The notes under the pieces were generated by a model, which had not been told where the DNA came from, made no database searches, and saw only the letters and a program-made list of their open reading frames with translations. A stretch of 13,319 nucleotides of DNA from Oligoflexales bacterium (GTDB lineage: Bacteria > Bdellovibrionota_B > Oligoflexia > Oligoflexales > RGVZ01), in NCBI GenBank assembly GCA_044236265.1, contig JBIIGV010000078.1, positions 1 to 13,319 of the forward strand. The letters run 5' to 3'. Made by a program: the position numbers and the translations under genes. Shown here one piece after another: positions 1 through 7,660 of the stretch. Position 1 is the first letter of the stretch. The number at the start of each line of letters is the position of its first letter.

Positions 1-178
1 GCACCCGGACGTTCAGTGGGGTGGACTTCCTGTGGATGGCGTCGTTGTTGGGTGCCGGCACTGACGAGCAAGATCGCCAGGATATATCTGATGGCGGGGT
101 TCCTGTTGCTCACTAAGGCTTCAGTACGTGTAGCATTGGCTATTGATTAAGGGCCTTTAGTCGCGGTAAGAGGGCGTC

Positions 179-580
179 ATGGTGGATATTGATCGCCCTT
201 CAACTTGGACAAAGTTCAAACCTAGCATGTGCACGGGGTGCCATGGTCATTGCTGTCGACTTCACGTCGAGGCAAAGGTTCCGGACTTGGTAAGGATGGG
301 GCTCCTGTCGGAAGATGAGGCCTTATGGTCGGCTAAGAAGATTGCCCGAAAGCTCGAATCCCAAAAACTGATTCAGTCCTATCGCGCAAGTACCATGAAG
401 TTTACAATTGCTCAAAGGCCAAATCAGGACTGTATATTTTTAGATGAGGCGTCGAGACTTTGTACGATCTATGACGTCAGGCCCGACGTGTGCCGAAAGT
501 TTCCCGAGGTTGGCCCAAGACCGGGCTGGTGTCCATCAGAACGGAAGAAACCTCCTGGATTTTCTGGAAAGAGATACTGA
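179..580 (+). CDS. YkgJ family (CxxCxxCC) putative Fe-S/Zn cysteine-cluster protein
   Basis: 133 aa with the motifs CTGCHGHCC, CIFLD, CTIYDVRPDVCRKFP typical of the CxxCxxCC/YkgJ family; AGAGGG upstream of the ATG as a possible SD. Confidence 0.88.
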   Translation: MVDIDRPSTWTKFKPSMCTGCHGHCCRLHVEAKVPDLVRMGLLSEDEALWSAKKIARKLESQKLIQSYRASTMKFTIAQRPNQDCIFLDEASRLCTIYDVRPDVCRKFPEVGPRPGWCPSERKKPPGFSGKRY

Positions 581-1773
581 TGGGCAAACCGTTTGGTCTT
601 TATGTTCATATTCCTTTTTGCTCAAAGCTTTGCCACTACTGTGACTTTGCAAAGACGGCAAACTTCAATGCTGACCACCAGAAATCCTACATTGAATCTC
701 TCATAAAACAATTATCAGTTTGGTACAGCGTCATCCCTGACTCGAAGCGATTCACATCCGTATTTTTCGGTGGCGGTACACCGGGACTTCTCACGCATGA
801 ATACGCTGAATTGATGACGCTGATTGGCCAGAGGGCCGTGCACGATGTTGAGGTGACGTTGGAGGCCAATCCATCCAATGTCACCGAAGAGGCCTGCGAA
901 GTTTGGAGGTCACTTGGTTTTAATCGCTTAAGCGTTGGGGTTCAGTCCTTTGATGAGTCGGGACTCAAAGTATTGACCCGAGATCACTCGTGTTCCGAAG
1001 CTTTTTCTGCGTTGCAGAAAGCCGCTAAAACGTTCCCTAGGTCAAATGGTGACTTGATTTACGGCTGGCCCGGCCAAACGACGGACTCATGGCTTTCAGA
1101 CCTAAGTCGCATGGTGGACTCGGGCGTCAATCATTTAAGCCTCTATGCATTGACCTATGAAGGGCAAACTCCTTTTGCCCGCGCGCAGCGTCGTGGTGTC
1201 ATGCAAGCTGTGGATGATGATCGTCTAGCTATTTTCTATGATGCGGCTTGTGAGTTCTTGAGGAAGTCCGGATTTGAACACGAAGAAATTAGCAACTGGT
1301 CACGTCCCGGAGCGTCGTGCCGCCATAATTGGCTCTACTGGCACGGAGACGAATATATCGGCATCGGCGCTGGTGCCCATGGATTTGTAGCCGATGGGTC
1401 TAATGTTGGTTTGCGATACAGTTACCCGGGAGATCTCCGATCGTTTTTGCGCACTGAAATTCAGAATTCCGTAGGCCCTGAAATCAAAGATATTGTTTTA
1501 AGCACCGGGGGAATCGTTGATTCGGAGCGAACCTTGGAGTCTTGGCTTCTTGAGTATGTGGGTTGTGGTCTTCGTTGTCGTGATGGGATTGATATAAATC
1601 TCATCACCGCAAAGGGGTATCGATTGCGGGAGTCCGAGGTCTTTAGGCGGGGACTGCGTGATGGGATGCTTCGTATGCAAAATGATCGTATCTACTTGTC
1701 AGAGAGCGAATGGTTTCGCGAGACTGCATGGAGTCTCGCTGTTGCAGATTGTTTCGTAGTCGCCTCAATATAG
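580..1773 (+). CDS. hemW: Radical SAM family heme chaperone HemW (HemN-like)
   Basis: LYVHIPFCSKLCHYCDF (CxxxCxxC followed by DF), FFGGGTP, TLEANP, RLSVGVQSF, DLIYGWPGQT, HEEISNWS and HNWLYW (HNxxYW, HemW-type). Start placed at ATG 580, which overlaps the upstream TGA (TGATG), rather than the GTG at 490 in the ORF track; 397 aa. Confidence 0.9.
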   Translation: MGKPFGLYVHIPFCSKLCHYCDFAKTANFNADHQKSYIESLIKQLSVWYSVIPDSKRFTSVFFGGGTPGLLTHEYAELMTLIGQRAVHDVEVTLEANPSNVTEEACEVWRSLGFNRLSVGVQSFDESGLKVLTRDHSCSEAFSALQKAAKTFPRSNGDLIYGWPGQTTDSWLSDLSRMVDSGVNHLSLYALTYEGQTPFARAQRRGVMQAVDDDRLAIFYDAACEFLRKSGFEHEEISNWSRPGASCRHNWLYWHGDEYIGIGAGAHGFVADGSNVGLRYSYPGDLRSFLRTEIQNSVGPEIKDIVLSTGGIVDSERTLESWLLEYVGCGLRCRDGIDINLITAKGYRLRESEVFRRGLRDGMLRMQNDRIYLSESEWFRETAWSLAVADCFVVASI

Positions 1774-1843
1774 ATGGTTTTCCGTCCTTGCTAAACTCCT
1801 GGATGGTTGCTACTTAGGTCTCCGACTGTACGGGGAGGTTACG

Positions 1844-2248
1844 ATGATTCGTCTGATTTCGTTAATTTTCTTATTATCTATTTCCGGTTTTTCATATGCA
1901 TCGACCTACGACTGCAACAATTCGTTGACGCAGGTCCCAAGCATTCTCTGGAATGGATCTTACTGGATTCATGTTCGCCCGGCTTTCAATGGTCGCGCTG
2001 TCGCCCAAGTAAGACTTATCCGTCAATTGCCGTCCGGGTTACCCAGCGTTGAAATGATTCGACTGGAGTGTCAGTTCGGATCTGCTGGAGCTGAGTACGA
2101 TTGTGCGGAGCGCGATCTTGGACTTGCCAGACCTGAGCTGTTGGCCGCACAGTTTTTTCCCAATGGATGGGCGCAATTATATGCTTCGCCGCGGGGTATA
2201 TGGCAACCATTCATGCTGGGGCAGTTGAGCTGTAATCGCCGCTTCTAA
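1844..2248 (+). CDS. Hypothetical exported protein with 4 Cys
   Basis: Strong SD (GGGGAGG) upstream of the ATG; Sec-type signal peptide MIRLISLIFLLSISGFSYA; followed by a terminator hairpin. No family recognised. Confidence 0.75.
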   Translation: MIRLISLIFLLSISGFSYASTYDCNNSLTQVPSILWNGSYWIHVRPAFNGRAVAQVRLIRQLPSGLPSVEMIRLECQFGSAGAEYDCAERDLGLARPELLAAQFFPNGWAQLYASPRGIWQPFMLGQLSCNRRF

Positions 2249-2257
2249 GGTAAACGG

Positions 2258-2290
2258 AAATCCCCCGATGATTGAGTCATCGGGGGATTT
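2258..2290. terminator. Probable bidirectional rho-independent terminator
   Basis: Perfect 14-bp inverted repeat AAATCCCCCGATGA-ttgag-TCATCGGGGGATTT with A/T flanks, between convergent stop codons at 2248 and 2295. Confidence 0.85.
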
Positions 2291-2294
2291 TCAT

Positions 2295-2939
2295 TTAGGG
2301 GCAAGGTGAGACTTCAACATCGATGCCTTCACTGATGTATCCCTCGATTGTCTGAACAATCAGATCTTCAGCATATGAGTCTCGTTGGCCTGAGATTGCC
2401 ATATTGATGCGGAGCATCATCTCTTCTGAACGATCACCGCGGCAGTAGCGATTTATTTGCGACTGGGAATTTAGCTGATCGCGTCGAGAGTCAATCATCA
2501 AGTCCCCAGTGAATTCTTCATCTCTGGGAAGTATTGCAGTGAATGGGCTCACGCGGTCGGAACTAAAAGATGTTAGAGTCGAGATTTGTGCCTGTGCTCC
2601 TGCCGACTTGATCGCTGCATAAGCGATACGTTGCTCAATAGCGCTGATATAGAACCCTTGTGGAATTGTGACAGGAATTCGAATGGCACAGGCTCGCCGA
2701 CCGGATAAAGCTGGATCTTGGCCGTAGGCTGGCAAATCGAGAATCATGGCATCATGCTCCAACACCAGGTCACCATACTCATCGACATAAATACGGGATG
2801 AACCCTCTGGACATCCGTTGCCAGCGTAGACTCCCGACTCGGGATGATAGGTGATGACACCAGCCAACAACGGTGTTGACACCGACGACAGCATCACGGC
2901 GATCTCAAATAGTCTTCGTAGTAGTAACATCCTGTTCAT
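2295..2939 (-). CDS. DUF4360-like secreted protein
   Basis: SD AGGGAGGAG, probable signal peptide, and the motifs YAGNGCPEGS and RRACAIRIPVTIPQGF, then LRINMAI, which resemble DUF4360 proteins; 4 Cys. Confidence 0.75.
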   Translation of the reverse strand: MNRMLLLRRLFEIAVMLSSVSTPLLAGVITYHPESGVYAGNGCPEGSSRIYVDEYGDLVLEHDAMILDLPAYGQDPALSGRRACAIRIPVTIPQGFYISAIEQRIAYAAIKSAGAQAQISTLTSFSSDRVSPFTAILPRDEEFTGDLMIDSRRDQLNSQSQINRYCRGDRSEEMMLRINMAISGQRDSYAEDLIVQTIEGYISEGIDVEVSPCP

Positions 2940-2994
2940 GACTCCTCCCTTTGTGTGTTTGGGGTGTTGTGACCTTGCGTCTCACATTGGTGTC

Positions 2995-3010
2995 TGCATG
3001 AACTGTGCCC
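2995..3010 (-). promoter_or_regulatory. Candidate sigma54 (-24/-12) promoter for the DUF4360-like gene
   Basis: Minus strand GGGCACAGTTCATGCA: GG-N10-GC with exact spacing, close to TGGCACG-N4-TTGCW, about 55 bp upstream of the ATG and just downstream of the upstream gene's terminator. Confidence 0.5.
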
Positions 3011-3021
3011 ATAAATAAAGA

Positions 3022-3054
3022 CGCCATTTTGACCTGGTTGGTATCAAAATGGCG
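3022..3054 (-). terminator. Rho-independent terminator of the carboxypeptidase gene
   Basis: 11-bp inverted repeat CGCCATTTTGA-N11-TCAAAATGGCG, followed on the minus strand by TCTTTATTTAT; lies about 30 bp after the stop at 3083. Confidence 0.7.
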
Positions 3055-3082
3055 CTAATACTTTACTTACGCGGGCTGTATC

Positions 3083-4507
3083 TTATTTTTTTGAAACTAC
3101 AACGCGGTCAAAGCGTCCGTCAAATGGGCGCGCAGTCGTGTTGATTTGGGCAACAGATCGTCCATCGATGGAGACAGTGACTGTTTGTGGGCCACTTGTC
3201 GTCGTGCGGTGCGCGATACCATTGTCATAGCGAACAGTTCTGTTTGCTGAAGACACAGATACCTCAAAACTTGGTATTGGGGCGCCACGCTGGTCGACGA
3301 CCTGCAGATGCACTCCGGTGAGCGCGCGCTCATGGTAGGCAAGCATGGCTTCTTGGTTTTCGCGCCAAGCAGTCGCAAGGTAGTTGGCAGAAGGCCACTT
3401 AGTGTAGGAGAGCTCAACCGTAGCATGCATGCTGCGGCGGTACCAAATAGACCAGTCTTGCATACCGCCATCAACTTCGTACCACTCGTAGCCGTAGGTT
3501 AGGCCGCGATCAAAGCTGTTGTTGCCTTCCATCGTTGGATTGCTGTCGGCCCACGCACGTCCCATGGAGGTTAGTACGGTGTCGTCACCGAATTTTTCTT
3601 CAACGTCGCGGTTAGGTTTTGTGTCCCAAGGAAGATTGAAACAAACTTCTCCACCGTGGAAGTTAACGGCTGCAGTGAAGTGATGGCCATTGTGAAGATC
3701 CATAATGGCTTTTGTCTCAACGCCACGTCCAGTTGAAGAGTCGCGGTCATCGCTTGTAAAGTCCGGGAAGTTTCGGTTCAAGTCTAGATTACGCGCACTA
3801 TAGCGCTGTCTCAGCTCAAAGCCATCTGGATTCATGGAGGCGATGATAAACATCTTGCTGTTGTTCACAAGATTTGTAACGCGGTCATTTTTGCCGTATT
3901 CATTAAGCAGTCGACGAATATGATAGATAGATAATTCTCGACCGACAACTTCATCACCATGCATGTTTGCGATGTAAAGAAGCTCTGGTTCACCTTCAGA
4001 CTGATCAACCTGATCACTGATGGTCATCATCCAAAGTTCTCGCCCCTGATGAGATTTACCAATACTGCTGAGGCGCGCGATTTCAGGGTGAGCGTCAGCC
4101 AACCGACGTAGTTCTTCGGTCAATGCTTGATAGTTATGGTAGTCTTCAGCGGGAGTTGGCTCATCAAATTTGAGTTCTGTCCGCTCCATTGTAAATGGGT
4201 TCAGGCGTCCCTCGGTCACAGCCAATTCATCAAGGCGCGTGATCTGGCTCTTATCTTTGAGATTCAAATTATTGATGACTTCTGAGGATAGCCAGCCGAT
4301 TGCAAAATCATTGTTTTTAGCATGATCGCGATTGAAACCTGTGGATTTTACAAAATCCTTGGTGACCATAGCAGCCGGAAGTCTGACGTAGACTGGTTTC
4401 TCGCTTTCTGTCGTGCTGTTAAGGCGATACGATGCAGTTTCACCACAACCACCGGCCATGATTGAAAGCGCGCCCAAGAACGCAAATCCTAAAAATCGGC
4501 TTCTCAT
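3083..4507 (-). CDS. M14 zinc carboxypeptidase, M14B (CPD/CPE/CPN-like), probably exported/lipoprotein
   Basis: Zn ligands NMHGDE and NFHGG, LNRNFPD, WYEVDGGMQDW, catalytic Glu in TVELS, and a C-terminal beta-rich module (GVHLQVVDQRGAPI...). N-terminal signal ends in AGGC (possible lipobox). SD TAGGAG. Confidence 0.9.
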   Translation of the reverse strand: MRSRFLGFAFLGALSIMAGGCGETASYRLNSTTESEKPVYVRLPAAMVTKDFVKSTGFNRDHAKNNDFAIGWLSSEVINNLNLKDKSQITRLDELAVTEGRLNPFTMERTELKFDEPTPAEDYHNYQALTEELRRLADAHPEIARLSSIGKSHQGRELWMMTISDQVDQSEGEPELLYIANMHGDEVVGRELSIYHIRRLLNEYGKNDRVTNLVNNSKMFIIASMNPDGFELRQRYSARNLDLNRNFPDFTSDDRDSSTGRGVETKAIMDLHNGHHFTAAVNFHGGEVCFNLPWDTKPNRDVEEKFGDDTVLTSMGRAWADSNPTMEGNNSFDRGLTYGYEWYEVDGGMQDWSIWYRRSMHATVELSYTKWPSANYLATAWRENQEAMLAYHERALTGVHLQVVDQRGAPIPSFEVSVSSANRTVRYDNGIAHRTTTSGPQTVTVSIDGRSVAQINTTARPFDGRFDRVVVSKK

Positions 4508-4562
4508 CGCTTATCTCCTATCCCTGGAAATATTACTGAACATGAATATTAAAGTTTAGAGT

Positions 4563-4592
4563 ATTGTACGGGGTTGCCAGTTGAATGGGCAA
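4563..4592 (-). promoter_or_regulatory. Candidate sigma70 promoter for the carboxypeptidase gene
   Basis: Minus strand TTGCCC-N18-TACAAT in the pta/peptidase intergenic gap. Confidence 0.4.
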
Positions 4593-4599
4593 TCAGAAA

Positions 4600-5592
4600 T
4601 TAGCGGGACCTAAGAATATTTATCATGGCCGATATGGCTACATCTTCTGGGGTCGCACCACGGGACAAGTCGCTGTAGGGCTTATTCAAACCCTGGAGGA
4701 TCGGTCCATAGGCGCCAAATCCGGCTAGGCGCTGAGTGATTTTGTAGGCGATATTTCCGGCGTCAAGAGTGGGGAAAATAAAGCAGTTGGCGCGTCCAGG
4801 AACTGTGCTTTTGGGGGATTTACGAAGCCCGACGTCTTTGATGAAGGCTGCGTCGAATTGCAGCTCACCATCACTTTCGATGGTCGGATATTTTAGATTA
4901 AACTTTTGTGCCGCAAGTCGCATTTTTTCTGCGGCTGGGTGATCAGCCGAGCCTTTTGTGGAAAAGCTAAGAAACGCGACGACCGGGTTTTTACCCGTCA
5001 GTTTGAAGAATGTTTCTGATGATGATTTTGCGATATCCACCAACTGGTCGACCGTCGGCTCAATGACAACACCACAGTCCGCAAAAATGAAAATTTCGTC
5101 CGGATTCTTTTCAGTGCGATCCATCATGAAGCTTCCACTGACGGTTCTGATCCCTCTGGCTAGGCCAACCGTCGAGATGGCTGCTCTTATCACGTCCGCT
5201 GTTGTTGCGACACAACCAGCAACCACGCAATCGGCTTGATCGTGGTAGAGCATATTCCCTGCTTGGATTAGGGGTGACTCGGCTAGCTTATCAATTTGAT
5301 CAGGGCTTAATACTTTGTTGCGCGACTCAAGATGTTTTTCATAATCTGCCCGCGCTTCTTGAATGATCGCAGGATCTTTACTGGAGCATGACGAAACTCT
5401 AGTGTCAGAGATCGACGTCTTCACGCTACCTGTGGAGTTTATTAATTTGATTTCGCTTGCTGCGCCCCACGAGAGGAGCAGCTTGGATGCATCGATGACC
5501 CGCTGGTCATCGCCTTCAGGCAAAATCACTCTTCCGGGTTTAGCCTTACATTTTTCGACAAGTGATTGGATGAAGGGAGACATAGAAGGCAT
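4600..5592 (-). CDS. pta: Phosphate acetyltransferase, short catalytic-domain-only form
   Basis: VILPEG, FADCGV, VAFLSFSTKGSA, DGELQFDAA, FPTLDAGNIAYKITQRL, GPILQGLNKPYSDLSRG with the catalytic Ser-Arg and downstream Asp. The start could be ATG 5592 or 5583. Confidence 0.92.
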   Translation of the reverse strand: MPSMSPFIQSLVEKCKAKPGRVILPEGDDQRVIDASKLLLSWGAASEIKLINSTGSVKTSISDTRVSSCSSKDPAIIQEARADYEKHLESRNKVLSPDQIDKLAESPLIQAGNMLYHDQADCVVAGCVATTADVIRAAISTVGLARGIRTVSGSFMMDRTEKNPDEIFIFADCGVVIEPTVDQLVDIAKSSSETFFKLTGKNPVVAFLSFSTKGSADHPAAEKMRLAAQKFNLKYPTIESDGELQFDAAFIKDVGLRKSPKSTVPGRANCFIFPTLDAGNIAYKITQRLAGFGAYGPILQGLNKPYSDLSRGATPEDVAISAMINILRSR

Positions 5593-5703
5593 AAATTTCC
5601 ATCAGCAATTTAAATAAAAATATAGTTTATCGTTTTGTCTAATTTTTTTTCATTTCGGTCAATATGCCGCCCCTGAAGGGATGCGCCCCGGGCGATCTCC
5701 TAT

Positions 5704-5712
5704 TTATCCACA
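5704..5712 (+). promoter_or_regulatory. Consensus DnaA box, with a degenerate inverted copy at 5718-5726
   Basis: TTATCCACA is an exact match; TGTGGATTT 5 bp downstream has 2 mismatches. Function unproven. Confidence 0.3.
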
Positions 5713-5770
5713 ACGACTGTGGATTTCCAAGAAGTTTGTAAAAATTCCAAGTGTATGTGGGATCGTTGGC

Positions 5771-5797
5771 TTAAGGTCTCAGAAATTGATCCGAAAC
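5771..5797 (+). promoter_or_regulatory. Candidate sigma28 (FliA) promoter for the EAL gene
   Basis: TTAA-N15-TCCGAAAC compared with consensus TAAA-N15-GCCGATAA; correct spacing, CCGA core kept, 46 bp upstream of ATG 5844. Confidence 0.4.
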
Positions 5798-5843
5798 AGA
5801 CTTGTCTATTATTGGACACTTTTTAGTCAACCTGGGATGGCCA

Positions 5844-7598
5844 ATGATCTGTTTGGTAACTTCGAATCTCGAACTTCGAAAAAGTCTGACGAGACTATTT
5901 CGTGAGCATGAGATTGTCTTTCGTGCTCTTGATCCAACTTCGGATCTCGCCATTCCAAGTCTCTATGCGGCCGGTGTCAAAGGTGTTGTCGTCGATAGTG
6001 ATATGCCAGGACTGGTTGATGCAGCTTGGCTCGATCTTTTGGGGAGTTTGGGTCGACGCATCCCCGTTTTAATTATCGGTGAAAAGCAAAGTCAGGAACA
6101 GTCTGTTTCAAGCCGAAACTCAGAGCTCTTTGTTTGGGTTCCTGTTGACAGTCCAGAGTTGATTCTTGCTATGCTCGACTCGTGCGGTGCTAGCGGCCGT
6201 GGTGCGCGTAGCGTCTCTTTAAAACGAGCGCCTATATATAACCCACAGGTTCCTTTGCACATGCTTCAAGGAAGCGGCGCCATTAGCATGTTGTTAATAA
6301 ACGCCAGCGCTCTCAGAAAAATTCTGATTGAATTTGGCGTCGAGGCTTATCAGAAGGCCCAGGATTGTTTTCATCAGATCCTTGTTGAAATGTGGGGCCA
6401 AAACGGCAGTTTCCGAAATTCCGATATGCTTATGCGCCGCTCTGCCCACAGCAACACGTATTATGTGTTCTTGGAGCAGAGTCGAATCTCAAAAACTGTT
6501 CCTGCCCCGGGCGTCCTTGAAAAGTTGGCCGATCGCGTTGCCATGAGAATTCAAGAAGCTCTCTGGGCTGAGGTCTTCAAAGATAGAAATCAAAGATTTC
6601 TTCCTGACGGGATGCGTTTAATCCCAGATTTTAGTGTCGGTCATGCAACGGCTCTCCATAACCCATGTGTGGACCCGGTCGATCTTTTGGACCACCTGAT
6701 AGATTCTGCGACAGAGGTCGCAAAAGTTCACCAGAGACGGGTCAAGGATCGTGAGCGCGAGATCATGCAAACGATCATTCAGTCGCGCGAAATTTTGACT
6801 CCAAATTATCAGGGAGTCTTTCAGCTACAGGGTGTCACTCAAGAAAAGCTGGAGCAGGTTAAAAAATCCAAGTCCATTGCTCCGATCAAGGATTTGATTT
6901 TCGGTTTTGAATCGTTGATTCGAGCCAGAAAAAACTTGGTGGAAGAGAAGCTTACGGGTGATCATCTGGTGTTTATGGATTTCCGCCTGTTCCGTCCAGA
7001 TATTCTTTTTGAGATGGCAGGTCATGCCAAGGTTGCTCTTGAACTTGATCAAGTCTGTTTGGGGCTTGGGATCCTTCACGCGGTCTCATTACCCGGTAAG
7101 CTGATGGTCAACATTTTGCCACGGAACCTGCTGCATCTTGAAAGACTGACTCACCTCATTAGTCCGCGTGGAAAAATCATATTTGAATTGAGTGAATCCG
7201 AGGGTGTGACAAACTTATCGCTAATGCAGAAAATTCACGACTATGTGTCAAAAATTGATTGCACGATTGCCGCCGATGATTTTGGAAAAGGTCACGCCAG
7301 CATTGAGCGTGTAATCAAATTGCGTCCTGAGCTCATTAAGCTCGACAGAAGTCTTGTGGAAAAAATTCATCAAGATCCCACGAAGGCGATTTTCGTTGAG
7401 GGTATTGTAAAGGCTGCGAAGCAGGTTAATGCTATCGTGCTTGCTGAAGGTATCGAGACGTGGGAAGAGGCGCAAGTAGTTCAACAGATGGGTGTGGACC
7501 TCATTCAGGGCTTTTTGCTGCATAGGCCGCAATCACTAGAAGAGATACTGGCTCAGCTCCAAGAGTCTGAGATGCAATCCGTTGATAGCGTTGCTTGA
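5844..7598 (+). CDS. c-di-GMP phosphodiesterase: pseudo-receiver + degenerate GGDEF + EAL domain
   Basis: EAL domain motifs GFESLIR, VNILP, IFELSE, ADDFGKGHAS, IKLDRS, LAEGIET, IQGFL. The N-terminus is REC-like (VVVDSDMPG...IPVLII). The central region is GGDEF-like with RNSD but no GGDEF. ATG 5844 is preferred over TTG 5802 because it begins the REC beta-1 strand. Confidence 0.85.
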   Translation: MICLVTSNLELRKSLTRLFREHEIVFRALDPTSDLAIPSLYAAGVKGVVVDSDMPGLVDAAWLDLLGSLGRRIPVLIIGEKQSQEQSVSSRNSELFVWVPVDSPELILAMLDSCGASGRGARSVSLKRAPIYNPQVPLHMLQGSGAISMLLINASALRKILIEFGVEAYQKAQDCFHQILVEMWGQNGSFRNSDMLMRRSAHSNTYYVFLEQSRISKTVPAPGVLEKLADRVAMRIQEALWAEVFKDRNQRFLPDGMRLIPDFSVGHATALHNPCVDPVDLLDHLIDSATEVAKVHQRRVKDREREIMQTIIQSREILTPNYQGVFQLQGVTQEKLEQVKKSKSIAPIKDLIFGFESLIRARKNLVEEKLTGDHLVFMDFRLFRPDILFEMAGHAKVALELDQVCLGLGILHAVSLPGKLMVNILPRNLLHLERLTHLISPRGKIIFELSESEGVTNLSLMQKIHDYVSKIDCTIAADDFGKGHASIERVIKLRPELIKLDRSLVEKIHQDPTKAIFVEGIVKAAKQVNAIVLAEGIETWEEAQVVQQMGVDLIQGFLLHRPQSLEEILAQLQESEMQSVDSVA

Positions 7599-7660
7599 CG
7601 CTAGGTGCAATTTATCTGAATTCATTATAGACTAGAAGCGGTTAACGAACCGAGGGATCT

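Noticed and set aside
1..150. Possible end of an upstream gene (+ frame 3 ends at TAA 116, + frame 1 at TAA 150, + frame 2 at TGA 64; one minus frame is also open)
   Set aside because: Too short to choose a frame or recognise a product.
490..579. 30-aa N-terminal extension of HemW from GTG 490
   Set aside because: It overlaps the YkgJ gene by about 90 bp; HemW homology starts at ATG 580.
4600..5592. pta without an adjacent ackA
   Set aside because: Unlinked short pta genes are common; not unusual.
5593..5843. oriC, dif site or c-di-GMP riboswitch upstream of the PDE
   Set aside because: Only one exact DnaA box and no dnaA/gidA context; no XerD arm (TTATGTTAAA-like); no GEMM-type P2/P3 motifs recognised.
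5681..5953. Short ORFs 5681..5905 (+) and 5771..5953 (-)
   Set aside because: No recognisable motifs; they overlap the promoter region and the start of the EAL gene.
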